From: the human T2T-CHM13v2.0 reference genome, Homo sapiens | Strand: one strand, 5' to 3' | Length of the DNA stretch: 64,000 nt | NCBI RefSeq assembly: GCF_009914755.1 | Contig: NC_060925.1 | Shown here: piece after piece, positions 29,001 through 43,233 of the stretch | How positions within the stretch are numbered: position 1 is the first letter of the stretch | Layout: each line of letters begins with the position of its first letter | Translations under genes and position numbers: made by a program | The notes under the pieces: generated by a model | The model's input: only the letters and a program-made list of their open reading frames with translations | What the model was told of the DNA's origin: nothing | The model's database searches: none

Positions 29001-29372
29001 ATTTTAAAAACAAATTAAAAAGACTCAACTTTATGCTGCCTATAAGAGACTCATCTCACTTTTGAGGTGATATGTCCCTTGTTGAAAGGTGTTAGAGTCC
29101 CCTACTATTATAACATTGCAGTCTATCTCTTCCTTTAGATCCTTGAATATTTGCTTTGTATATTTAGGTGCTCCAATGTTAGAGCACCTAAATATAGACT
29201 GAACGTGAAGGGATGGAAAGAGATGGAAAGAAAAGGAGAACAGGAGTAGCTATATTTATATCAGTCAAAATAGACTTTATGTCAAAAACTATAAAAAGAG
29301 ACAGAGAAGGGCATTATATAATGATAAAGGAGTCAATTCATCAAAAGGATATAACAATTATTAACACATATA

Positions 29373-30233
29373 CAGTAAGTTTTCCCTTGATGTCATCAGT
29401 AGGTTCTTGGAAACTGAGGTTTTAAGTGAATATGTATAACCAAATCCATTTTACCATAGGCTAATTCATATAAGCAAGAGTTAAGTTCCTATGGCATATT
29501 TCTGGTCACAAAAACATCACCAAACTTCTAAACAAAGACCCCAAACACTTCTAATATTAAATACTGAAATAAATGTGAGCTACTATACATTTATGAAAGA
29601 GTAATAACAACAAGTAAGATAATTATTTATCAAATTTTTTGTGAATCAGTGTAGGATGTTAGTCATCACGGTGGTGGATTAAATCAAAGAATAATTGTTT
29701 ACAAAGCAAAAATTACAAGGAATGCCTCCAACCAACATGCAGTTCAAAAATAATTACAGATATGACAGGATTGCAGAGTGCTTTCACACTGCATTGTTTA
29801 TTCCTCTGCATTTGTATAATTATTGTATGCTTTGCGAATATTTATTTTACAATAATTTATATGTATTTATTTATTCATTTTCCAATGTGTTTATTCCAGT
29901 TAAGGGTCACAAATGGCCAGAGCCTATCCCAGCAGCCCAGGGCACAAGGTGGGAACCAACTGTGAACAGAACTCCATCACATTGCAAGGCATACTCACGC
30001 ACACACACACCCAGACTCACTCACACTAAGACAGTTTAGACATGCCAGTTAACCTAATGTGCTCATCTCAGGATGTGGGAGGAAGTGAGAGCACTTGAAG
30101 AAAATCCACGTAGACATGGAGACAACATGCAAACTCTATGCAGACAGTGGCCCTAGCCCAAAATTGATATTTTTCTTATCAATGTTATCATGAAATGACT
30201 TTGAATGCAACATCACTATTCAAGGACCTGCTG
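29373..30233. mobile_element. Tigger3-family DNA transposon derivative
   Basis: cagtaagtttt...taggttcttggaaact start and aggacctgctg end; TA duplication on each side; splits the L1 endonuclease region. Confidence 0.8.
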
Positions 30234-30253
30234 TACACCCAACATTGGAGCAC

Positions 30254-31263
30254 TGAAGGGGTGGCCTGCCCCTCCACACCTGTGGGAATATCTCATCAGG
30301 TGGGATGAGAGACTGAGAAAAGAAATAAGACACAGAGACAAAGTATAGAGAAAGAAAAGTGGGCCCAGGGGACTGGCACTTAGCATACCAAGGACCTGCA
30401 CGGGCACCGGTCTCTGAGTTCCCTCAGTTTTTATTGATTATTATTTTCACTATCTCAGCAAGAAGAATGCGGTAGGAGAGCAGGGTGATAATAGGAAGAA
30501 GGTCAGCAAGAAAACATGTGAGCAAAAGAATCTGTGTCATAATTAAGTTTAAGGGGAGGCACTATGCCTGGATGTGCACATAGGCCAGATTTATATTTCT
30601 CTCTGCCCAAACATCTCAGTGGAGTAAAGAATAACAAGGCAGCATTGCTGCCAACATGTCTCGCCTCCCGCCATAGGGTGGTTTTTCTCCTATCTCAGAA
30701 TTGAACAAATGTACAATTGGGTTTTATACTGAGACATTTAGTTCCCAGGGGCAGGCAGGAGACAGTGGCCTTCCTCTATCTCAACTGCAAGAGGCTTTCC
30801 TCTTTTACTAATCCACCTCAGCACAGACCCTGTATGGGTGTTGGGCTGGGGGACATTCAGGTCTTTCTCATCCCACGAGGCCATATTTCAAACTATCACA
30901 TGGGGAGAAACCTTGGAAAATACCCAGCTTTCCAGGACAGAGGTCCCTGCGGCTTTCCGCAGTGCATTGTGCCCCTGGTTTATCGAGACTAGAGAATGGT
31001 GATGACTTTTACCAAGCATACTGCTTGTAAACATTTTGTTAACAAGGCATGTCCTGCACAGCCCTAGATCCCTTAAACCTTGATTTCATACAACACATGT
31101 TTTTGTGAGCTCAAAGTTGGAGCAAAGTGGCTGGGGCAAAGTTACAAATTAACAGCATCTCAGCAAAGCAATTGTTCAAGGTACAGGTCAAAATGGAATT
31201 TCTTATGTCTTCCCTTTCTACATAGACACAGTAACAGTCTGATCTCTCTTTCTTTTCCCTACA
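30254..31263 (-). mobile_element. HERV-K(HML-2) solo LTR, LTR5A-like
   Basis: Reverse complement starts tgtagggaaaagaaagagagatcagactgttactgtgtctatgtagaaagg and ends ggccaccccttca; 1010 bp; TSD agcac (30249-30253, 31264-31268). Confidence 0.92.
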
Positions 31264-33504
31264 AGCACCTAAATATACAAAGCAAATATTAAAGGATCTG
31301 AAGGAAGAGATAGACTCAATATTATAATAGTATGGGACTCTAATACCCCACTACCAACAATGGATATATCATCTAGACAGAAAATTAATAGGACAATATT
31401 GGCCTTGATCTATAAAACATCAAATAGAACTAAAAGACACGTACAGAACATTTCATCTAACAGCATCGGAATACTCATTCTTCTCAAGCACACATGAAAC
31501 ATCCTCCAGGATAGGCATATGTTAGACCACAAAACAAATCTGAATAAATTTAAGAGGATTCAAATTGTATCAGATATCTTTTCTGATCACAGTAGTATCA
31601 AACTAGAAATCAATAACAGGAGAAATCTTGGAAAATTTACAAAGGAGTAAAAATTAAACAACATGCTCGTGAACAACCAATGAGTCAAAGAAGAAATCAA
31701 AAGGGAAATTTTTAAAATTTTTGAGACAAATTAAAATAGCAAAAACAACCTACAGGATGCAAAAACTTACAGGATGCATCAACAGGAATTCTAAGGAGAA
31801 ATTTTTAGCAATAAGCACTTATGTCAAAAAAGAAGAAAGATCTCAAATAAACAACCTAATGTTATACCTCAAGGAACTAGAAAAAGAAGAACAAAGTACA
31901 AAGTTAGGAGAAGGAAGGAAATAACAAAAATCAAAGCAGAAATAAATGAAACAGAGACTAGAAAAACAATAGAAAAAAAAAACAATGAAACTACAGAGCT
32001 GTTTTTTGAAAAGATAAGCAAAAGCAAAAAGCCCTTAGCTAGGCTAAGAAGAAAAGAGAGAAGACTCAAATAAAATCAGAACTCAGAGAGGAGACATTAC
32101 AACTGATACCGCAGAAACACAAAGGATTCTAAGAGATTACTATGAATCATTATATGCCAACAACTTGAATAACCCAGAAGAAACTGATACATTCCTGGAA
32201 CTATACAATTACCAAGACGGAATTGTGAAGAAACAAAATCTGAACTGACCAGTAACGAGTAAAGAGACTGAGTTAGTAATAAAAACTTTCCCATCAAAAA
32301 AAAAAAAAGAGCCCAGAGCTTCACTGCTACTGCTGAATTCTGTCAAATATTTTTAAAAATAATACCAATCTTTCTTAAACCTTTCAAAAATTATGAGGAA
32401 AGCCATACATCTGATAAGAGGTGAACTCATTTTTTAAGGCCAGCCTTACCCTGATACCAAAGCCAGACAAGGATATTACAAGAAAAGAAAATTATAGACC
32501 AATATTCCTGATGAATACAGATGAAAAAATCCTCAATAAAATACCAGCAAACAATTCAACAGCACAGTGAAAGAATCACTCATGTAATCAAGTGGGATTT
32601 ATTCCTGCGATGCAAGGATGGTTCCACATACACAAATCCATAAATGTGATGCACCACAGTGACAGAATGAAGGACAAACGCCATATGATCATCTCATTAG
32701 ATGCAGAGAAAGCATTTGACAAATTTAACATTTTTTATAATGAAACTCTCTACAAATTAGATGTAGAAGAAATAATCTACTTTAGCACAATAGAGGCCGT
32801 ATATGAAAAACCCACAGCTAACACTATACTAAAAGCTTTTCCTCTGAGATCAGGAACAAGATAAGAATGCCCACTCTAACCGCTTCTGTTCAACATTTTA
32901 GTGGAAGTACTACTAGCCAGAGCAATTAGACAAAAGAAAAAAATAAAGGTCATCCAGATAGGAAAAGAAGAAGTTAAATTGTCCCTGTTTGCAGATGACA
33001 TGATCTTGTATGTATGTATAACTTTGACCACTCCACCCAAAAACTGTTAGAAGTAATAAATGCATATGGTAAAGTTACAGATTACAAAACTAATACACAA
33101 AAATCAGTAGCATTTCTATATACTAACAATGAACTATCTGAAAAAGAAATTAAGAAAAAATTCCATTTACGCTAACTAAAACAAAATAAAATGCATAGGA
33201 ATAAATTTAAACAAAGAGGTGAAAGATCTGTACGTTGAAAACTATAAAGATCATTGAAAAAAATTATAAAAGGCACAAGTAAATGGAAAGGTATTCTGCA
33301 TTCATGGATAAGAAGAATTAATATTGTTAAAATATCCATACTACCCAAAGCAATCTACAGATTCAATGCAATCCTTATCAAAATTTCAGTAACACTTTTC
33401 ACAGAAATAGAAAAACAATCCTAAAATTAATATAGAATCACAAAAAATCCTGGAAGTCAAGATAATCTTGAACAAAAAGAACAAAGCTTGAATGGCCAAG
33501 TGTG

Positions 33505-33807
<303 letters not shown>

Positions 33808-35329
33808 TGCAAGAACAAAACTGGAAGCATCACACTACTTGATTTCTAACTATCTTATAAAGCTATAGATATTAGAACAGTGTGATACTGGCATAAAAAT
33901 AGACACATGGACTTATGGAACAGAATAGAGAGCTCAGAAATGAACCTATGCATTTTCAGTCAATTGATTTTCAACAAAGGTGCCAAGAACACACTATGGG
34001 GGAAAGGTCAGTCTCTTCAATAAAGGGTGTTGGGAAAACTGGATATCTACATGCAGAAGAATGAAATTGGACCCTCATCTCACACCTTATACAAAAATAA
34101 ACTCAAAATGGATTAAAGATTTAAACATAAGACCTGAAACTGTAAAACTATAAGAAGAAGACATAGGGGAAAGCTACATTGCTCTGGGCAATGATGTTTT
34201 GAATTTGACTCCAAATGCTCCAGTACCAAAAGCAAAAATAAATAAACGGGATTACAACAAACTAAAAATTTTCTGCACCGCAAAGGAAACAATAAAGTGA
34301 GGACACAGTCTACAGATTGGGAGAAAATATTTATAAGCCATACATCTGATAAGGGGTGAATATCCAAATTATATAAGGAACCCAAAAGAACTCAATAGCA
34401 AGAAAACAAATAAATTAGAAATGGACAAAGAACTTGAATAGACATTTCTCCAAAAAAGACATACAAATGCCCAAGAGATATGTTTTAAAAAATGTTCCAC
34501 ATCACTAATCATTAGGGAAATGCAAATTAAAACCACAGTGAAATATCACATCACACCTGTCAAAGTGGCAATTATCAAAAAAATGAAACATAAGTGTTGG
34601 TGAGGATGTAGAGAAAAAGGAACCCTTGTGCACTGTTGATGGGAGTGTGAATTAGTACAGCCACTATGGAAAACAGCCATTATGGAAAACTGAAAAAGTT
34701 AAAAATAGAATTACCAGCAATCTCACTTCTGAATATGTAGCCTAAGGATTTGAAACCAGTATGTTGAAGAGCTATCTGCACTCTCACTTTCATTGTGTTA
34801 TGGTTCACCATAACCAAATTATGGAATCAACCTAAGGATCCATCAATGGATTAATGGATAAAGAAAATGTAGTATATTATATATGCATGATGAGGTACTA
34901 TTCAGTCTTTAAAAGGAAGGACATTCTGTCATTTGTGACAATGTAGATGAACGTGGAGGACAACATACTAAATGAAATAAGCCACACATGGAAAGACAAA
35001 TACAATGTGACCTCATACTTCTGTGTGGAATTCAGCTCATAGATGAAGAGTAGAATGATGGTTACCAGAGGCTGGAGTGTTGTGAGGAGAGGAGCACATA
35101 TATCATTGTGCCACAAAACTTTTGGATAATTTGATGAATGTATTTCAATGCAATTGATTTCTTTTGTAATCCCATGTGCTTGATGTTAGGAGTTTACAAA
35201 TACTATAGTCTATTTATAGATTTCACTAGTCTGCCAAGTAGTCTGTGGTACAAAGAATTTAAGAAGCCCCGGTCTAAGGTTTGTGCCTTTGTTCGCTTAC
35301 ACCACTAACACCACTCCAGGAGGAAGGGG

Positions 35330-35545
35330 GAGGCAGATGGCAGGCAGTATAGCTCAGAGGGCACACGTGTGGGCTCTGGAGTCTTCCTGGATTTGAATTC
35401 TTGTCCCAAACAGTTACTGGCTCTGTTATTAACTTGGGCAATTCATTTAACCCCATTAAACATCATTCCTTAATCTGCGTGTCTTAGTAACAGTAGTCCA
35501 TACCTTATTGGGTGACCAATAAGAATTATACAAAATAACGTGTCC
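35330..35545 (+). mobile_element. MIR
   Basis: gggctctggagtc...tggatttgaattc...ttgggcaattcatttaacc. Confidence 0.7.
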
Positions 35546-35875
35546 AGTACAATCAGTTCTCATTTGCAGTAGTTATGCTCCACAAAGTTACCATGAAGAG
35601 CGAATTAGTGAATACTGAACAGTTTCTTTTTAAGCTACCAACACCAAAGCTAGGGTTGGAGTGCCAGAAAACTCAATGATCAAAAGAAATAATAATTCTC
35701 ATTATTCAAGTGGTGATGTTCTATAAAGTCATCATGAACACTGAATTAAGGAATACTGAAGCATTGCTCCTGGGAAAAAGACAAGGTTAGGTTCCTGTGA
35801 GCTTCTGGTCACATTTTCATCAACTGACCAAATATAATTTTCTTTGATGTGTGTTTCTGTTTAAAGACACCTTGC

Positions 35876-36270
<395 letters not shown>

Positions 36271-37735
36271 TATATGGTTGATTGATTAACATTGAACCCC
36301 TAGCCAACAGAACTACAACTCATGTCTCAAGGAAGCTTCTCTAAGGCACATCAGAGCCTCCCTGTGCTTAGGAATAGGAGACAGCATTTCACCACTCAAT
36401 TTGGGGGGTGTTTTAAACAGCAAAGTCACTGAAAAAAAAAACTCCACAAAAATGAAAATCGTGACACTCAGTAGATCTAGAAAAGGGCACTTGTTTACAA
36501 TATGGGAGATGAAACAAGAAGGCAGAGGCCTTCTTTGGCTTCAGCTGGAAAAATACGTGTCAGGCAACTCTCTGCACATGTCCACAAATGTCTGTGAAAA
36601 CGCCGTGAATATTGATCTGGGGATAGACATAAATTTTAGCAAGTAGGTGAACTTGCAAATACAGAATCCGTGAATAATGAGGATCCACTGTATCTAACAT
36701 AATAATTTCTGGAAAATGGTCAGTTCTTATTATTCTCATTACTTTATGCCCTAGAAGAAAGGCAATGATGGGCAAGGACACAGCCCTGCCCCACCTCCTC
36801 CATTCAGCTGGCTCTGAGGAATGTACAGCCAGGAATACAGGAAACAGTAGGGGAAGAGCATGTCCCCCGATTTCTCTTTGCTGATTGTCCCCCAATTTTC
36901 CTTCTATATGTTCTCCTGCTTCTCCTTCCTTTTTTCCCTCCTTCCACACTTCTTAGCATGTGCAAGAGCCTAGCTTAGTACAGTAATGGATAAAAAGACC
37001 ACAGGACATCGCCTCTTCCTTCAAGGGACTGCAGCACTGGGAAGACAAACATTTATATCACAAAATGCCAGACACCATGTAACCTCATGAACACACTGCT
37101 GAATCCAATCAGAGGTGTCTAGATCCATTCTATTAACCTCCCTTCCTGTGCTTGATAAACATAACAAACACTGATTCAAGCATCTCTGCCAAAAATTCAT
37201 TTCAATTGACTTTTCCTTGACTCAGAACCCATCTTGGCAACATGGTCCAGGGTGTCATTTGGGAAGTTCTCTAATTTTCCTATACATTTGTTTAAGCATC
37301 TATTTTCTTTCGCTCTAATATAATTTTTTGGTTGGGTGTGCGCACTGAGTACATGCTGCCTTTCTGGAGACGAATTAATTGCGTGTTATGACTTGCATTG
37401 ATAATTCAAGAAATAGCAGCTAGAGGTTTGAAGATAGAAGAGCAATGCTACCTTTGGCCAGGCACATGTCCCAACCTGACCAGGTGGAAGCAGATTGACT
37501 TGGCCCAGAGGATGTGCCCAGCACATGTCTGCCAGAACCAGAGTCTAAAATGCAGAGAAGTGTATTCCAGCCAAGTCTAAGAGGAGACTTTCTGACAGCT
37601 CCTGCTGCCCTCTGAGGTAGTGAACTCACTATCACTAGGGTCTTCTGCCTGGTTGAGATGATCACATGTCAGGAAGCATGTCTCTCCTGAACCTTGAGTT
37701 GCAGGCTGGAAGGGGTGAGGTCTGAGGTCACTCCC

Positions 37736-38193
37736 TATATTAGTCTGGTTCTCCAGAAAACAGTAACAAAACCAACAGGGTGTGTACGTGCATGTATATG
37801 TGTGTGTGTAATGAGAGAGAGAGACAGAGACAGAAACAGAGAGAAATTTACTTTAAGGAACTGGCTCACCAATTGTGGAGGCTGGCAAATTCAAAAGTCC
37901 AGCGGGCTGGAAGCTCAAGAAAGAGTCGATGTTGCAGCTTGAGTCTGAAGGCCATCTGGAGGCAGAATTCTCTCTTCCTTTGGGGACCTCAGGGGTTTTT
38001 TTCCTCAAGGCCTTCAACTGATTAGATGAGGCCCACCTACATTTTGGAAATCAATCTGCTTTCCTCAACATCCACAGATTTAAGTTTTAGTCACATCCAA
38101 AAAAATAGCTTCACAGCAACATCTAGACTGGTGTTTGACCAAAAAACTGGGTTCCCCAGCCCAGTTAAATGTTCACATAGGCTCAACCATCCA
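37736..38193 (-). mobile_element. MLT2 (ERVL) solo LTR, copy 1
   Basis: tattagtctggttctccaga...ttaaggaactggctcac...ttcacagcaacatctagactggtgtttgacc. Confidence 0.85.
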
Positions 38194-40649
38194 ACAGGGC
38201 CCCTCCCTAGGTGTCTTCAGACTCAACATCTCTGGCGCAGTACATGTAATTAAAATTCAAGTCTCAGAAATAACACACATTTCCACTGTATTTAGCGTGT
38301 AAGGTCCCTTGCTATGTTGCCTAGTTAACATTACAAATGTGAAATTTGTCATTCTAAGAGTGAGGTTGTTACTCAGTTGACACATTCTGAAGGTTCACTC
38401 AAGGGCAAGTTGAGTTGCAATGTGGCCTGATAACTGTTGATCCAGGAGGTGCTCCAGCAAGAAAAATACATGTTTAGCAAGGAGAGAATGAGTTAGACAA
38501 CAGGGTTGAAAATGAGACTCTATGTTACTAGGGCATCCCAAAGCCATGTGGGTAAGCTGCACGCCATTCCATCCCACACAAAAAAAAAAATTGAAACAAT
38601 GGTTTTGATAGAGTGTCTACCTTATTGTTATATTGGGGTTATTTCATTGTATTGTAGTTTTAGTCATTCTGACCTAATTTTTAGCATTTTTTGTTTCTGT
38701 TGGTTTATTGGCTTTCAAATATTTCATGTGCCTCTATAGTTCTCATTTGTTTGCCCTTGGATGAACTTCTTAAGAGGACATATTTCTGTCATAACAAAAT
38801 TATTATCTTTGTACTTAGAAATGTAGATAAAAACATAGACAGAGGCAGGCTATTATTATAAAGTCCTTGTTCTTCCTGACATTAAAAATCTAGTATGCAG
38901 GAAACACACTACCTTTTATTTCTTTTTTCTTTTTTCTTCTTCCTCTCTGTCCCTCCCCCTTTTTTTGAAAATTATGATTTTTCTAGATACTAAACTGGCA
39001 GTGGGATAAATTAGGTTGCTTAAAGTTTGCTTAAATTGAAATTACTCTTTTGAAGTTTGGTCCTTCTATTTCAATGACTCCTATGAACATTAACTTGAGA
39101 AGATTGTAATTGGAAGCAATTCTTTCAGTGCTACAGAATTTGTGTGTGTGTGTGAATTACTATTTTTTTCTTCTGAATACAATAAGAGCCTGAGATTTTA
39201 GGCTGGAAAATGGCTTCAAAATCACAGATCTCTAGCAGCCATTCCTCTCCTAGCCCTGAGAATTTTCTCCAGTGTTCCTAGGCTTGTCCTTACACTGAAC
39301 AAAGGCATTTCTCAGTTCATTCTTTAAAGATACTATTTAGCAAATGGTCCAGAGCATTCAATTGCTACTTTGAGATGCTCGAAATGCAAAATTGATGTGG
39401 GGAATGCACAGCTGGTTCTCAGAAGGCCGCATAAAGGCATAGCTGCGGAGATTTTAGATTTTGGAAAGAACTTCTATCCAGCCTTTTCTTTTTCAAGGGA
39501 AGTTGAGGCTCAGGAAGCCCCCATGATGCATCAGACCACCTACCCTAAAAGGCAGAACAGATCTTGCACACGTCTTTGATGCCAAGACAGAGCTTGTGAC
39601 CCTAGGAGACATTGCCCCGCCCCCAGCAGGCTCCAGACCTTGCACAACCAGGTCACTGCTGAGGCTAGCAAATTGGTACAGGTTGGTGCTCTGGAAAAAT
39701 GTGGTCTTGAAGCTGGGCAGTAATGGAAGGAAGGCAGTGGGGGAAACCAAAGGGATTTTGATATTGTGTTCTAACATAGACCCAGCATCCTCATGCTCCC
39801 TCATCATCAGAAACCCGAAGACCCCAATCAATGTCATATCATCATCCCTTCTTTGAAATGAGAAAGCTGGAAAGTTTTCCCAATGGCCCTACCATTTAAA
39901 ATATTTTATCAACCAACTGGACTTATTAAATGATTACTCATTGCTTCATTGTTTGTTCATCAAAGCCATGCATAACCACATGTGATAATCAGGCCTGATT
40001 GTATTAATATCACCTAGGATCACCATTACATCACCCAAATGATATAACCCAGCCAAAGGCAGACAGCCAATGTTGAAATTAGACCATGTTGTGTATTAGG
40101 CTGTTGAAACTTGGGAAAGAGCTTAAGGACTTTCACATTGCCTTTGGGAACCTGTAGGGTCTGCAACCTCCCTTTCCTTACCACTGGCTTTACTATTCCA
40201 CGCACACCATTCAGGTTTTTATTCTTGGTTAATTTCCCCCCATCTTAGGACCACCTATAATGTTCATTTTTTTCAAGCTTTTATCTACCAAAAATATTTT
40301 CAAAGGATGGAGCAGTGACACGTACTGTGACTAGCCTGAGATTTGTACAGTCCCAAGAGTGTATTGTGCCCAGCTTCCCACCCATGAGATCACTCTGGTG
40401 AATGCAGACCTTGGTTGTTGTGTTGAATACATCTGTCAGTTCCAAGCTTGGGCATTTCTGAAAAGCAAGTCCAGGGATGATAGTGTTCATTATTCTCAAA
40501 AAGGTCAAAGGAGAGCATAAAATAATTTACAGGCAAGATATTTAGTTAATACATTTATTAATACAGGGTCTTCTTCCTGGTTGAGATGATCACATGTCAG
40601 GAAGCATGATTCCCCTGAACCGTTGAGTTGCAGGCTGGAAGGCTAAGGT

Positions 40650-41088
40650 CTGGGTTCTCCAGAAAACATAAACAAAACCAACAAGTTGTGTATGTGCATG
40701 TATATGCATGTGTGTAATAAGAGAGAGAAACAGAGAGATAAATTTACTTTAAGGAACTGGCTCTCCAATTGTGGAGGCTGGCAAGTTCAAAAGTACAGCG
40801 GGCTGGAGGCTCAAGAAAGAGTCAACGCTGCAGCTTGAGTCTGAAGGCCATATGGAGGCAGAATTCCCTCTTCCTTTGGGGACCTCACAGGTTTTTTCCT
40901 CAAGGCCTTCAACTGATTAGAGGAGGCCCACCCACATTATGGAATGCAGTCTGCTTTATTCAACATCCACAGATTTAAGTGTTAGTCACATCTAGAAAAT
41001 ATCTTCACAGGGACCTCTAGACTGGTGTTTGACCAAACAACTTGGTTCTCTAGCCCAGCCAAGTGTTCATGTAGGTTCAATGATCCAA
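40650..41088 (-). mobile_element. MLT2 solo LTR, copy 2 (duplicated together with its flanks)
   Basis: Shares non-LTR flanks on both sides with copy 1. Confidence 0.85.
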
Positions 41089-41629
41089 CAGGGCCCCTCC
41101 CTAGGAGTCTTTAGATTCAACATCTCTGGCTCAGTACATGTAATTAAAATTTAAGTCTCAGAAAAAAAGGCATATTTCTACTGTATACGGCATGTTCCAC
41201 TGTATTGAGCCTTGCCACGTTGGCTATTCTTATTAATATTAATACTAATACTAATAAGATATATTTAGTGAGTTTTCCATGCTATGCCAATCCTGCCTCT
41301 GACCAGTTTCTTTCTTAGAAGCTGAAAACACTGTCCCTGCACAGAGGTGGTTCAGTCTATTAGAGGTGTCAAACAAATGAACACTAGTACAGCAGTACAG
41401 TAAGGGGCTGTGGGATCACAGAACAGGGACTAACATCTAGGCTTGGAGGGAAATCAAAGAAGTTTCCCCAGAAAAAGAGGTACCTGAGCTAAGGTTTGAA
41501 CACATGAGGAATTATTTCAGTGTGGGAGAGGGATGGAGGAGGAGTGGAGGTTACAAGACTCGCAGCCCATGGAGGAAGAAAAAGGGAGAAGACCCAGGGC
41601 ACACCCATTGCCATCTTGATTTCTAATAC

Positions 41630-42650
41630 CTGCCCCAATAAGTGAACCAGGGCATTAGTCCTTGGAGAAACAGCTGATTTTAGAGCTGAGGAAGAAATAT
41701 ACAGATAAGCCTGGAGTATCTTGCTGCACCAGAAAGTAAGGAAGTACTCAAACAAAACAAACCATTGATGAGGGTATGTCGTGGTGTACAGGAGCCAACT
41801 GAAAGGGCTCCCAGTGGCTGAAGCTGGAACAATTTGAACAACAAAATAAAGAGAGTAGTATTTGATTATATGTATGAAATAAATATGCATGAGTACATAC
41901 TGATGTAAAAAATAAGTGAATAAATTAAGAAATGGGGGAGAGGAGACAAATCTCCTTTGCAGTACAAGTACAAATAACTTAGATAGACACTCCACTCTCA
42001 AGGAAGTGGAGCTGTGCATGGTGACTTCTTTCCAAAGAGTAGTGTACGGAAGGGATGTTAGTTGGAATTGTAACTTAACAGTGGAGAAACCTGGGCAATC
42101 ACCGCCTCAGGCAAGTCATCAGGGTCCACATCATGGTGGTAAGTCACGCTGATAATATGCACCCTTGACACGATGTGATGAAATGCCACTTTACCTCCAT
42201 GGTCTTCTTCCCCGAGCCCAATAACGCCAATCTAGTTCTGAAAAAAAAAAAAATACAGAAAGCCCAGTTGAAAGCCATTCTATAAAATTCCTGACCAATA
42301 CTTCTCAACACTGTTAAGGCCCTTGAAACCAAAGAAAATCTGAGAAACTGTCTCAGCCAAGTGGAACCTAAGGAGTCCTAATGACTAAATGTAATACCAT
42401 ATCCTGGAAGGGATCCTCAAACAGAAAAAGGGCATTAGGTAAGGACAATCTGAATAATGTATGGACATGAATTAATACTAATGTATTTAATTGATTCACC
42501 ACTTGTGACAAATGCATGCATCAAAGTAATGTAAGATCTTCACAGTTGGGGGAAACTAGATGAGGGGTATATAGGAACCCTTTATGCTATCTTTTCAATT
42601 TTTCTATAAATCAAAACTATTCTAAAAATAAACGCTTCTGATAAAAAAAA
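41630..42650 (+). mobile_element. L1MC-type 3' region within an L2
   Basis: ccttggagaaacagctgattttagagctg...gggatcctcaaacagaaaaagggcattaggtaa...aaactattctaaaaataaa plus A-tail. Confidence 0.8.
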
Positions 42651-43233
42651 AAAGCACTAGGCATTAGAGGAACTGAAGATAATTCAGTTTGGCTGGAGCA
42701 GAGAGAGTGAAGTGAGAAGTGGTGAGGGAAGATGCTGAGAACAGGAGTGGGACCAGGCCAGACAGCCTTTGTGCCAAGCTCGGGGCTTCAAACTTCACCC
42801 AGTGGAGGTGTTTGGAAGCCATGGGAAAGTTCTGAGGAGAGCAGTGACATGATTAGTATCTTAGTCTGTTTTCTATTCCCTGAAACTGGGCAGTTTATAA
42901 AGAAAACAAATTTCTTTCTTACAGTTATGGAGGCTCAGAAGTCCAAGGTGGAGTGACTGCATCTGATGAAAGCCCTTTTGCTGTTGGGGACTCTGCTGAG
43001 TCACCAGGTCCCCATGTGAAGGGCACCACATGATGAAGGAGCTGGGTGTGCATGTTCATATTCCTCTGCCTCTTCTTATAAAGCCCTGCTCCTGTGATAA
43101 CCCATGATCCACTAACTCATTGATCCATTAATCCATCAGTGGATTATTTCCTTCATGAGCAACGAACCCTCGTGACCCCATCACCTCTTAAAGGCCCCAC
43201 CTCTCAATACTGCCACATTGGGGATTTAGTTTC

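Noticed and set aside
37736-41088. Paired MLT2 LTRs as an ERVL provirus
   Set aside because: Both copies share the same left and right flanks, and the spacer shows no recognisable gag/pol.
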